Below, in pieces: positions 37,648 to 46,743 of a stretch of DNA of 64,000 nt; position 1 is the first letter of the stretch, and each line of letters begins with the position of its first letter. The stretch lies in IMG/VR virus record IMGVR_UViG_3300012983_000002; one strand, 5' to 3'. The notes beneath the pieces are model-generated. The model had not been told where the DNA came from. It searched no databases and worked only from the letters and a program-made list of their open reading frames with translations. Made by a program: the position numbers and the translations under genes. Source of the DNA: a virus (Duplodnaviria > Heunggongvirae > Uroviricota > Caudoviricetes).

Positions 37648-38445
37648 TTAACCAATTAGACCACTGAGATCTCCTGTACCGAACAAGTTACCTAGACGAG
37701 ACAGGAAACTGTCATTAGCACGCTGCAAGCGTTGACGGTCCAAAGCTTCACGTAATTCATAATAACGCTGAGCTATCTGAGATCCCTCTTGCCTACCAGA
37801 TCCGTTACCTATACCATAACCTATACCAGCACCTCCGGCGGCTCCTGCAGCTACTCCTCCACCCACAGTAAGATAAGGATGCTCCTTCATCCACGCTGTT
37901 ATGTTATTCCACATACCAGGTTCAGAGGCAGCGTCAGCTACTTCTTTGGCAGCGTCAGAAGCCTTACCGGAAGTAGAAGTATTTCTTACAGGCTGTTTAT
38001 ATTTAACAGGGCGAACAGTTCCTGCCGCACTGCGTACTTGCTCCATTGTTTCAGGTACTGCCCCAAGTTGCTTGTGTGATTTAAGTCCTTTTGCTAACTT
38101 ATTTTGCACAATTCTAGCCGCCTGTGTCGGATTATATCCTGCTTGTACAAGCTTATCGACCGCCGCAGCATACTCCTTCTTACCCATAAGTTGCTCGGAT
38201 AAAGCTGCAGATTGTGCGGCGTGCTGCTTAGCATACCTTGCGTTAACAGTACCGCCAGGAGCGCCTGGGCTTCCTTTCGGCGCATGTTTAGCTACATTTT
38301 TATAAGAAAACATTCTAGCCCCAGGCTTACCTGCGAAGCGTCTGACAGCCTTCTGGATCGCCTGCTTCTCCATGCAATGCTCAATGTAATCCAGACGCGG
38401 ACTAGCGTACTTTAAAAATTCCACAATGTTATCTGACTGAGTCAT
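37648..38445 (-). CDS. Putative internal head protein with a glycine-zipper segment
   Basis: N-terminal LKYAS...MEKQA; HPYLTVGGGVAAGAAGGAGIGYGIG. Confidence 0.6.
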   Translation of the reverse strand: MTQSDNIVEFLKYASPRLDYIEHCMEKQAIQKAVRRFAGKPGARMFSYKNVAKHAPKGSPGAPGGTVNARYAKQHAAQSAALSEQLMGKKEYAAAVDKLVQAGYNPTQAARIVQNKLAKGLKSHKQLGAVPETMEQVRSAAGTVRPVKYKQPVRNTSTSGKASDAAKEVADAASEPGMWNNITAWMKEHPYLTVGGGVAAGAAGGAGIGYGIGNGSGRQEGSQIAQRYYELREALDRQRLQRANDSFLSRLGNLFGTGDLSGLIG

Positions 38446-38480
38446 GTTTTTATTTTATATAGTTTTAGTAAATGTGTCGA
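38446..38480 (-). promoter_or_regulatory. sigma70-like promoter, predicted leaderless mRNA
   Basis: TCGACA-17nt-TAAAAT-6nt-ATG. Confidence 0.55.
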
Positions 38481-38486
38481 GTTGGT

Positions 38487-41400
38487 TTAGAACTCGCCAG
38501 TAGTCGTTACATTCTTACCAAAATTTTCACCAACTGCAAGACGAGGACGGAAGTCAGGATTAGATATTACGTTAGTATCATCCCCTCTAGTAGCACTCTC
38601 ATTAAGCTGCTTAGCAATACTAGATGTAGCAAGAGATGCCATCCAATCAGGATTAGTATGAGAAGCTGTACGTAAACGTACCATATGAGGAACAAATCCT
38701 GGAGCAATATCATCTACTAACAGAGAGTCGTACTTATTCTTTGCCAGTTTCTTCGCCACTGTAGGCGTTACTCTCGTGCCTACGGTGTAATGCAAATACG
38801 GTTTCTGTAAGTATTTACCTACAGCCTCCTTAGGTGTAACCTCTCTAGCCGTTTCCGGTACTTTATAAGTATTCTGCGCAGCATTATAATCTACCACATC
38901 GTCTGGTAGATAAGACCCCATTCCTTCCGGATCAGTAATCTTGATATGGCGAATAGCTCCTCTTGCAAGTACCTCTGTGTTACGTCTGTCTGTTCCAGCA
39001 CCAGAGTCCTGCAGCATCTGATGAAGACGTTCTGCGTAATAAAGCTTGCCCTCTCCTAAACCCTTCAGGCGTACAATATCCTCCGGATCAACAAGTCCCT
39101 CCGCAAGCTGATCTCCAGCCTCCACCGTATCTCCAGGTTTTACGTAAACCTCATGTCCTGGTAATACGTAGTGCTTCTTATCGTCAACAGTAACGAACAT
39201 ACCTCCCTGAGGAGCTTCTTCTACGCTTGTCACCTTTCCGTCAATTTCGGATACAGCACCACGATCTTTGAAAGCTTCAGGTGACTGAGTGAACTGAATA
39301 ATAGTACCGAGACCAGAATAACTCTTCTTACCTGCAGACATACCAGCTGTGTGTTTTGCAGAATTGGATGTGATAATACCACCAGCCAGCACAAACAGGT
39401 GATCCGAATGGTCTACCTCAATATCCCGGCAGTGTGTATCTTTTTCCGGGGAAATAGATACAATAACACCAAGACCTCTATCAGTACAGAGAGAAGTGGA
39501 GGGAGATTCCACTAATTCCTTTACAGGCACAATGTCTCCGTATTCATTGAGGAATTTATGGTCCTTCGTACAGCTCACCTCTACTTCCTCAGTGGTCTCG
39601 AGAAGCTTTATAGTGTACACTCTGGTCTTACGAATACCCTGATCGTAGGTATTAAGGACCTTCACAGGGAAGGTATGGCCTGCTTTGTCAGCCCCCAGTA
39701 CCATATCACCCACCGTGATATCCTTAATGGGCTTTACAGAGCCATCAGCCATGCTTACAGGTTGTAACTCATTGATACACAATGCCATCTGTGTAATAGG
39801 CTCGCCTACCGTCGAACTGGCTAGAAGACCTATAGAATCTCCTACTTTGGGCATTTTACTACCGTTGTAGAATCTACCTACACAGTGAGCGCATAGACCA
39901 TTAGGTACACTACAGGTCTGAGGCGATCGAACAACGACGCTGTCTGCTCCAGCTTTCTTAAGTTTATCTAACTCATTACGACCAATCACTGTACCTGCCT
40001 TAAGTCCGTAAGCATCCTTAGCAAGTACACGTCCACGCATTGATTTGTCGTCTATAGACAATTCAATACCATTCTCGGTACCACAGTCCTCCTTACGAAC
40101 AACCAGGTCAGCGGACGATGACGCTAACTGTTTAGCTAAGTCTCCTCCCTTGGCTGTAGAAGAGTTGGATGTAATAGGTCCGTTTGCGAGTACAAATAGA
40201 TGGTCCGGATGATCTACCTCAATATCCATGCAATGAACTTTACCTGCATACTCCTTCTCAAGGAACATGGCTTTGGCATAAGGATTGTGGTCCTTAATAA
40301 CTATCTTAGATGTCTCTTCTACAAGTTTAGCCCGCTTAATCCCGGGAATGTAGTCTGCAAAAGTTTCACAGAACTTAATAACATCTTCTGCACGCGAGAT
40401 TTCTAGAGCATACAATGGATGAACACGTTCCTCTGTAGAAGAACGGAACCCTCCTATATTAGTAGGCTTCTCAAATCGGCTGGAAATGCCAAAGCCGTAC
40501 ATTAGAGCCTCACGAAGATCCTTTAAGCAGTCTTCGCTAGTCATTCCAAATGATATGCCAACCTGTATTCGATCTTTTCTACCTGACAGTGTTGAGAACA
40601 CGCTACCGTCGGCTGCAAACAGACCAGCAATAAGATTCTTCATGGACTCTTCGTCCCATGACTGCCAGCCCGCGGGGAATCGCTTCTCCCAGGCATAATG
40701 TCCCAGAAGGCCATAATCCCTTAGCATTTGGTTTCTATCCATCAACGAGCCTGCTACGAACCCTTGCACTCCTTTAACAATGCTGTTATTCTGCGTAGGA
40801 TTGTAATCTGCCTTAGTAATATTCCAGGTAAAATTATCACCGCTTGCCTTCTTAATCTTCTGTCCTAAAGCCGTCAACTCAGGCGTTATTTCTTCGATAA
40901 GTTGAGGATCAGCACAAGAAAGAGTACAATGCGTGTGATTACCTGTCAGACAACCGTCCCCTATAAGTAGGCCAAGTATTCGAGCCCAAGGTTCGTTCTT
41001 GTTTCCGAACAGACCTCCTTGTGGTAGAAGAGGGTTATAATCGCTTGCACGAGAAGCCCTTTTAAACTTAGAGGCTGTATGTATCTCCTTGTTATGGCGA
41101 TCCCTCCAAGTAGGAGCAGGACCATTACCTCGACTATGCAGACTTCTCTTCCTATTATACTCACGAGAAGAAATGACCAGGAACTTGTGATCCTCTGTGC
41201 AGATTACATGTACATCATTTAAAGCGATCTTAGAATTGGAGTAGCGGAATGTGTACTTATAGCATTCCTTCTCCCCCTGATCAAATACATTAAGCACCTT
41301 TACAGGGAATACATGTCCTTCTTTGTCCGCCCCCAGTACCATATCACCCGGCTGAATATCGCAGAGCTTCTTTTCGCTAAGATCTGCCATCTTCACAAGT

Positions 41401-41990
41401 GATTGATAATCAAGACATTTGGTGCTAATTACCGAACTGCGAGCTCCATTGGTACTAGCCAGGAATACAGCAGGACGAACACCCTCAGCAAACGACTCCT
41501 TAGAGAATACAGGGACAACTCTACCCTTATAGTCAGAGAATGTTCCTGGAGTAGCCACCATGGCTTTTAGCTGAGCACCCTTACCACGAGCACCAGACAA
41601 TACCGACATAGCGATATTATTACGCTGCTCTAGCGAAGACTTAGCGTTAGCTTTTTCGATCAGGTCATTATACTTCTGCATAATGGCTATACGATTACTC
41701 TCAAAGTCTTTATTCTTAGGTAACGCCTTAATAGCAGCCTCCATCTCCTGGAAATAAGGAGTTCTGTCGAAAGGAGCAGTGAGATCGTTAAGAGTAATTG
41801 TTTCTCCCTGATAATAAGAAGCTTTTCTTCCTATATCAGAGATCTTTTTTTCAACGTCAGCAAACTGATCTGGGTGCTTAAATGCTACAGCATGTAAGAT
41901 TTTATTCAGACTCTTGATGTCGTAAGTCTGATCGTTATTACGCAGATCAGGAGGCAGGACGCTGTTGACAAGTAAGTGAACTGCCTTCAT
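38487..41990 (-). CDS. rpoC: Phage multi-subunit RNA polymerase, beta' C-terminal fragment, with two inteins (610 aa after splicing)
   Basis: NNIAMSVLSGARG, SFAEG...STNGAR (bridge helix), EDCGT, VRSPQTC...LCAHC (zinc site), VGEPITQM..KH (trigger loop), DRRNTEVLAR, WMASLA. The NADFDGD region is not in this gene. Confidence 0.93.
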   Translation of the reverse strand: MKAVHLLVNSVLPPDLRNNDQTYDIKSLNKILHAVAFKHPDQFADVEKKISDIGRKASYYQGETITLNDLTAPFDRTPYFQEMEAAIKALPKNKDFESNRIAIMQKYNDLIEKANAKSSLEQRNNIAMSVLSGARGKGAQLKAMVATPGTFSDYKGRVVPVFSKESFAEGVRPAVFLASTNGARSSVISTKCLDYQSLVKMADLSEKKLCDIQPGDMVLGADKEGHVFPVKVLNVFDQGEKECYKYTFRYSNSKIALNDVHVICTEDHKFLVISSREYNRKRSLHSRGNGPAPTWRDRHNKEIHTASKFKRASRASDYNPLLPQGGLFGNKNEPWARILGLLIGDGCLTGNHTHCTLSCADPQLIEEITPELTALGQKIKKASGDNFTWNITKADYNPTQNNSIVKGVQGFVAGSLMDRNQMLRDYGLLGHYAWEKRFPAGWQSWDEESMKNLIAGLFAADGSVFSTLSGRKDRIQVGISFGMTSEDCLKDLREALMYGFGISSRFEKPTNIGGFRSSTEERVHPLYALEISRAEDVIKFCETFADYIPGIKRAKLVEETSKIVIKDHNPYAKAMFLEKEYAGKVHCMDIEVDHPDHLFVLANGPITSNSSTAKGGDLAKQLASSSADLVVRKEDCGTENGIELSIDDKSMRGRVLAKDAYGLKAGTVIGRNELDKLKKAGADSVVVRSPQTCSVPNGLCAHCVGRFYNGSKMPKVGDSIGLLASSTVGEPITQMALCINELQPVSMADGSVKPIKDITVGDMVLGADKAGHTFPVKVLNTYDQGIRKTRVYTIKLLETTEEVEVSCTKDHKFLNEYGDIVPVKELVESPSTSLCTDRGLGVIVSISPEKDTHCRDIEVDHSDHLFVLAGGIITSNSAKHTAGMSAGKKSYSGLGTIIQFTQSPEAFKDRGAVSEIDGKVTSVEEAPQGGMFVTVDDKKHYVLPGHEVYVKPGDTVEAGDQLAEGLVDPEDIVRLKGLGEGKLYYAERLHQMLQDSGAGTDRRNTEVLARGAIRHIKITDPEGMGSYLPDDVVDYNAAQNTYKVPETAREVTPKEAVGKYLQKPYLHYTVGTRVTPTVAKKLAKNKYDSLLVDDIAPGFVPHMVRLRTASHTNPDWMASLATSSIAKQLNESATRGDDTNVISNPDFRPRLAVGENFGKNVTTTGEF
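39363..39779 (-). mobile_element. Intein 2 in beta' (139-aa mini-intein)
   Basis: L/CINELQPVSMADG ... CTKDHKF ... DIEVDHSDHLFVLAGGIITSN/S; no endonuclease domain. Confidence 0.92.
40164..41417 (-). mobile_element. Intein 1 in beta' (418 aa) with a LAGLIDADG endonuclease
   Basis: K/CLDYQSLVKMAD ... CTEDHKF ... ILGLLIGDG ... LIAGLFAADGS ... DIEVDHPDHLFVLANGPITSN/S. Confidence 0.93.
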
Positions 41991-42002
41991 CTCTTTGTAA
42001 TT

Positions 42003-42329
42003 TTAGTAAGAAGCCTTGATGCTCTGCAGATACACGATAGTATCTTCTGCCACCGCTTCAGGGAACTTAACACGAAGCCACTTAAACGGAGCTGGAGCGC
42101 AAGATACGAATTCACCAACACCAATATTGAACCAATCATCATCGGTGTCTAGATCTGGCTCTGTAACATTGCTCACCTGGACGCACATAGTGGAGTTACT
42201 AGGACAATGCACGGTAGTCATGTAAAATGAGCTGCGGAGAATAGTAGTGCTGTACTGTTCGCCAGCTCTAAGCAGGAACTTCACCTCTTCTTTAGGCGCC
42301 AGAGTCTTATTCAAAATATTTTTAGGCAT
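42003..42329 (-). CDS. Small beta-rich hypothetical protein
   Basis: 108 aa; VQVSN...DWF...FKWLRV; preceded by TATAAT-6nt-ATG. Confidence 0.65.
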   Translation of the reverse strand: MPKNILNKTLAPKEEVKFLLRAGEQYSTTILRSSFYMTTVHCPSNSTMCVQVSNVTEPDLDTDDDWFNIGVGEFVSCAPAPFKWLRVKFPEAVAEDTIVYLQSIKASY

Positions 42330-42372
42330 GATTTTATTATATATGTAGATTGCGAAAATAGAATATCAGAGA

Positions 42373-42825
42373 TTAACCAAGCTTAAGAGCATCCTCGGTC
42401 CCTAGCTTATACATAGCACCGAACGTACGTACAGCATAGTAATACGTATTACGCTGAATAAGATTGGCCCCATCCTGCTTCATTATATTTCTGAAAATAG
42501 AATCGATCTGCCACCACTTAATATTTATAGGCAGACCGCATTTCTTTACCTGGTACATCGCATCATGGAAGAGACTTGCTCTCATATTCCATTCTGCGTC
42601 CACCGCTTTAGTACAACCGTCCCAGCTATAACCCTTCTTAATGATAAAGTAATGTCCTAACGCTTCCACGTAGACCTTACCGTCTTTAGTACCTACCGCT
42701 TTAAACTTTCCGAAGTCTATACTGGGCACGTAAATATAAGCATCATCTGTCAGAGTATATTTATAGCGGAACAGCTTCGAGCTATCCTCGTAAGAGATTC
42801 CGTGATGTGATACTACTTCTGGCAT
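42373..42825 (-). CDS. DUF1353-like protein
   Basis: IKKGYSWDGCT, RASLFHDAMYQ, IDSIFRNIM and YYAVRTFG match the DUF1353 pattern. Confidence 0.75.
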   Translation of the reverse strand: MPEVVSHHGISYEDSSKLFRYKYTLTDDAYIYVPSIDFGKFKAVGTKDGKVYVEALGHYFIIKKGYSWDGCTKAVDAEWNMRASLFHDAMYQVKKCGLPINIKWWQIDSIFRNIMKQDGANLIQRNTYYYAVRTFGAMYKLGTEDALKLG

Positions 42826-42854
42826 AACATTAAATATTGTATACTTACTATTAT

Positions 42855-43469
42855 ATGAGTTTTTATAAGCAATTGGCTAGATTCGAGAAATTGATCGAGG
42901 CCGGGGAGCATCTCCCAATAAACAACAAGGCCAAGGTCGCAGTAATGAATGCTCACGATAACCAGGCTGCAGCAAAGAACCTGGTAAATCTCGTAAGCAG
43001 GCCTAGGGCGCGTAGAGAGCTGAAGAGCATAATGGATAATAAGCCTTGGTGGGAACGGCTATTGTATCGATTAGATCCTTACTCTCATCTGAACGAGCAG
43101 TACAAAATTATCAGACAAAACAACACTCCAGCTATCCGAAATTACCATCGCGATATCGAGGGTGTTAATAAAGCCATAGAGCACTACAACAAGCAGATAA
43201 ACAATATCTTTGATGTTGTAGATGATAAAGCTATAAACTCTCTTGGTAAAAATCCAACAAGATTAAGAACGCTGAAGGTAGGAGAAGAAGTTCCAGGAGT
43301 ACCTTGGTGGGGTGCTATTGAGGTTCCAAATCCTAATATGGTTGCGAACTCCAAGGAGTTCCTGAATCTACCTAAATATCTACGCAACGCTTATGACGCT
43401 GGTCATTCTGTAAATCCAGCAAGCGGTTACAGGATGAAAGATATAATAGCTAAAAACTATAACAGGTAA
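42855..43469 (+). CDS. Hypothetical protein; the only plausible plus-strand gene
   Basis: Fills a gap with no long minus-strand ORF; ATG at 42855 preferred; ends at a hairpin facing a convergent gene. Confidence 0.7.
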   Translation: MSFYKQLARFEKLIEAGEHLPINNKAKVAVMNAHDNQAAAKNLVNLVSRPRARRELKSIMDNKPWWERLLYRLDPYSHLNEQYKIIRQNNTPAIRNYHRDIEGVNKAIEHYNKQINNIFDVVDDKAINSLGKNPTRLRTLKVGEEVPGVPWWGAIEVPNPNMVANSKEFLNLPKYLRNAYDAGHSVNPASGYRMKDIIAKNYNR

Positions 43470-43476
43470 AACAAAT

Positions 43477-43499
43477 AGGGCGGCCAAAAAGGTCGCCCT
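43477..43499. terminator. Hairpin between convergent genes
   Basis: AGGGCGGCC-AAAAA-GGTCGCCCT with an A-rich left flank. Confidence 0.6.
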
Positions 43500-43524
43500 G
43501 ATAGTTTCTATAGATACAGTAGAA

Positions 43525-43965
43525 TTACTTCAGATCTAGCCTGTAGTACAGCTGGTAGAAACAGTTAAGAACATCGTCCTGCAAAGATACAAGCGGAGAA
43601 ATATCTCCCACAAGACCGTCGCTAGCTTTCTTAAACTGATCTTCTAACTCTTTAATAGCTTCGAATACTCCGTCATCACCTGGCAATACGAAGGATACCT
43701 CCTGATTTGCTAACGAGAGTTGATGTCCGAGTTTTCTTCTATAGTAGCCCTGCACGCATTCCAGGAATGAATCCAGCGACTCGTTGAGGTCATCAAAGGC
43801 TTCGTCTAGTGCCATGTGCTTGGCATAGCTACGAGTCTTTACGTGGATTGCTTTAATATTAGAAGCGATAGATAAGATTTTGGTAAGCTGAACCTTTTTA
43901 GAATCAGCTGCCTGCTTTTCTACGCCACCATCTATATATGTAAGTTTGCTAAATAGATTTGTCAT
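43525..43965 (-). CDS. Ferritin/Dps-like protein (DUF5856-like)
   Basis: HVKTRSYAKHMALDEAFDDLNESLDSFLECVQG and terminal LYYRLDLK resemble phage Dps-like proteins. Confidence 0.75.
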   Translation of the reverse strand: MTNLFSKLTYIDGGVEKQAADSKKVQLTKILSIASNIKAIHVKTRSYAKHMALDEAFDDLNESLDSFLECVQGYYRRKLGHQLSLANQEVSFVLPGDDGVFEAIKELEDQFKKASDGLVGDISPLVSLQDDVLNCFYQLYYRLDLK

Positions 43966-43978
43966 ATTATTTTAAAAA

Positions 43979-45862
43979 TTATTTATAATCATCGCTATCT
44001 CCTGAAAAAAGATCGCCAAAATAATCAGGCACCCACTCTCTCCAAGCTTTGCGTATATCATCCCATGTAGAATGATCTACATCTGAAGGTAGAGTACCCT
44101 CATCTTCGGCATAGCCAAACTCGTCCACAATCTCGCCTCTACTATTGATATAATAACCAGGTGCTCCAGGTAGTGGTTTAAATCCTAATACTGCGGCCTC
44201 TTCCGGTGTAAACGCTTTAGCACTGTCCTCCTGATAACGTTGCTCTATATTATGCTTTATGTCGTTACCGTTAGCGCCGAACCAATTAGTGTCCGCGCGA
44301 AGTATCTTAGCGTCTACGATATTACCTCCGCGAGTACGCCATGGTTCTCCATTACTCTTATAGAGCGTACCACTCATGTCGCCAGGTTTATAATAGATAC
44401 CTTCATAGTCCTTAATTGGAACAAGACCGTCGGCTACTTTATTTCTATTCTCAAGAGCTCTCGATCTAAAATCCCATGCAGGAGATTCTACGGGAGGCTC
44501 TTCGGTAGTTGATCCTGCGGCGGGCGCGGTGGCGGGTGCTGCAGCGGGTGCAGCTGGAGTTGTGTTTGATGTGGTTGGTGCTGTTGCGGGAGCAGGAGTT
44601 ACTTCTGGGCTAGGTGAAGAAAGTTGCTGAGGTTGTGCTGCCCCGAGCGACGGTAGCGTAATAGCTAAGCCAGGATTATTTAGCAGTGAGCGATCTGAGG
44701 TACTAGTGGGTAATCCTAAGGTTGGTTCCCCTCCGAGTGTCAGCGGTCTATTACTTGGCGTACCAGCAACCGATGCTATATCTGTTGCACCTAAAGCCGT
44801 AACTGGAGATTGTGCGACAGACTGCGGTGCTGCGGTAGGTTGTGGTGTTGCAGTAGGCTGTGGTTTTGCGACAGGTGCCGGCGTATCTACATGCTGCCAT
44901 CTATTAAACGCTTTACCTCCAGCCGCTAACTGAGACTGATCAGCTGCCCATTGGTTAGCCAGTGCAGTAGCTCTCGCTCTCGCTTCGTTTAAACTTACAC
45001 CTTCCTGTTGACGTATAGCTGTAGTAAGAGAGGATCTTACATTATTATACGCAGCATACTGCTCATCAGTGAAGTTAGCACCACTAATATTAATGTGACC
45101 ATCTCCCTTTGCAGACCAATCCACACCATTTCCTGTATCGACCGCATAACCTCCCTTAAATACTGTAGGAGCAACGCGCCCATTTCTATCTCTTCTTACC
45201 AATTTAGGACTATAAGATGTTGTTTGCGTGGAAGCGGCTTGCGCTGGCTGCGATGTAGAATTTACGTTAGGGTTGCCTGTAGAGGGGTTGGCAGTCCTGG
45301 CGCTCCTGGCATCGCGCCGAGCGTACCCACGTTCTGCTCCGCCGAATGTAGTGTTTTCACTAAAGTCTCCATGGCGGAAATGAACAAGCCCATTATCTCC
45401 GTGCGTTGCCCAAATTCTCGAACCGCGGATTCCTTGCCTATCCGAGTCTGTATGATCTCCGTTATTATAAGTCGTTAAATAATTACTATGCCAAGCACGT
45501 TGCTGATCTCGCACACTATTTATAATATGCTGTCTAGCCTTGGCGGCTTGCCGGCTGGTCATAGTACCTCGTGCTACAGCGTCGTCAAGATCCCTTGTAA
45601 AATTATCGTAAGCAAAATTATATTGATCTTTACCTGCACCGGCCTGATCGGACAAATGATTATTAAAATCTTCACTCCAACGTTGCTGGTCAGTCATACC
45701 TGCTCTGCGCTTTTGCTCAGCTTCATAAGTAGCATTTGCCCTAGCAGCTGTTTGCTCCTTCGCCCTATCGGCATCAGGTCCTGTAACAACACGTGGGCCG
45801 GCGGCCGTGGTCTGCACATCTGCGGCCTTCGTAAAAAAATTAAATAAACTTTGCGATCGCAT
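43979..45862 (-). CDS. Putative internal head protein, largely low-complexity
   Basis: N-terminal FFTKAAD; Ala/Pro/Thr-rich central region. Confidence 0.6.
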   Translation of the reverse strand: MRSQSLFNFFTKAADVQTTAAGPRVVTGPDADRAKEQTAARANATYEAEQKRRAGMTDQQRWSEDFNNHLSDQAGAGKDQYNFAYDNFTRDLDDAVARGTMTSRQAAKARQHIINSVRDQQRAWHSNYLTTYNNGDHTDSDRQGIRGSRIWATHGDNGLVHFRHGDFSENTTFGGAERGYARRDARSARTANPSTGNPNVNSTSQPAQAASTQTTSYSPKLVRRDRNGRVAPTVFKGGYAVDTGNGVDWSAKGDGHINISGANFTDEQYAAYNNVRSSLTTAIRQQEGVSLNEARARATALANQWAADQSQLAAGGKAFNRWQHVDTPAPVAKPQPTATPQPTAAPQSVAQSPVTALGATDIASVAGTPSNRPLTLGGEPTLGLPTSTSDRSLLNNPGLAITLPSLGAAQPQQLSSPSPEVTPAPATAPTTSNTTPAAPAAAPATAPAAGSTTEEPPVESPAWDFRSRALENRNKVADGLVPIKDYEGIYYKPGDMSGTLYKSNGEPWRTRGGNIVDAKILRADTNWFGANGNDIKHNIEQRYQEDSAKAFTPEEAAVLGFKPLPGAPGYYINSRGEIVDEFGYAEDEGTLPSDVDHSTWDDIRKAWREWVPDYFGDLFSGDSDDYK

Positions 45863-45889
45863 ATTCTCAATTATAAAGATGTGCTAGCT

Positions 45890-45931
45890 AAAAAGAAAGA
45901 CACCCGGGAGGACCGTAGTCCTCCCGGATAT
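45890..45931 (-). terminator. Intrinsic terminator with a cUACGg tetraloop
   Basis: CCGGGAGGAC-TACG-GTCCTCCCGG then GTGTCTTTCTTTTT. Confidence 0.85.
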
Positions 45932-45936
45932 ACTGA

Positions 45937-46671
45937 TTAATAAATCACAGGAACAATCTCTCCGATATCGCATACACGACACCTTACACCATCTACCTCG
46001 AAGTCTTCCGAACAGTGATAATGCCCAAAATAAATACGCTCTGGCTCAATATCCTTAAGAGCATTACTCCAGTACGTCTGTTCATCCTCAAGATCCTTAA
46101 GAAGGTTCTCATCCTTCTTGCAGCAATCAGCAAAGAACCCACAGTCCGTTCCAGGATCATCTGTGATGTGTGGCGGTCTGGGTCCACTATGACTAAAGAT
46201 AATAGAGTACTTCTTCTTATCCTCTAACTTATCCAAAGATGGTGTGGCCTCATCAGAAAACCAACACCAGTTACGCTCCCATCGATAACTACGATCAATA
46301 GATACAGCGCCAGGTATAACGATTGCCTGTTTACCATTCGGGAATACAAACTCGTCAAGGTCCTCCATAATATAAACATTACTTAACTGAGGATCTTCCT
46401 TCTGCCAGTGATGACTGTAAGCTTTAGGGTTGTCGTGATTACCTCGGAATAAGTAGATACGAATATCTCTCTTAACGGCCTTCTTATTAGCAGCTCGATA
46501 ATCATTCGGAATTCCCTTGTTTACAATACCACAATCTCCCAGGAGAATAATGTCGGAACCATCCGGGAAGTACGTCTTGGATGTTGATATCGACAGGGAG
46601 TGCATTAGAGATTGCAGATTACCGTGCATATCTCCAATCACGAATACATTGTCTCTAAGTTGAAATTTCAT
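45937..46671 (-). CDS. Calcineurin-like metallophosphoesterase
   Basis: GDMHG, LGDCG, RGNHD, GAVSIDR, FSHSGP, FGHYH motifs. Confidence 0.9.
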   Translation of the reverse strand: MKFQLRDNVFVIGDMHGNLQSLMHSLSISTSKTYFPDGSDIILLGDCGIVNKGIPNDYRAANKKAVKRDIRIYLFRGNHDNPKAYSHHWQKEDPQLSNVYIMEDLDEFVFPNGKQAIVIPGAVSIDRSYRWERNWCWFSDEATPSLDKLEDKKKYSIIFSHSGPRPPHITDDPGTDCGFFADCCKKDENLLKDLEDEQTYWSNALKDIEPERIYFGHYHCSEDFEVDGVRCRVCDIGEIVPVIY

Positions 46672-46703
46672 AACTGTAGTTTACTTGGTATTTAAGATAT
46701 GAC

Positions 46704-46743
46704 AAATAAAAAAGAGTGCCGGTCGCTTTCTTACCGACACTCT
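46704..46743 (-). terminator. Intrinsic terminator upstream of the phosphoesterase
   Basis: AGAGTGTCGGT-9nt-ACCGGCACTCT followed by TTTTTATTT. Confidence 0.75.

Noticed and set aside
39363-41417. Repeated DNA in the beta' gene as a diversity-generating retroelement TR/VR pair
   Set aside because: The similarity is confined to intein splicing domains, differences are not adenine-specific, and no reverse transcriptase is present.
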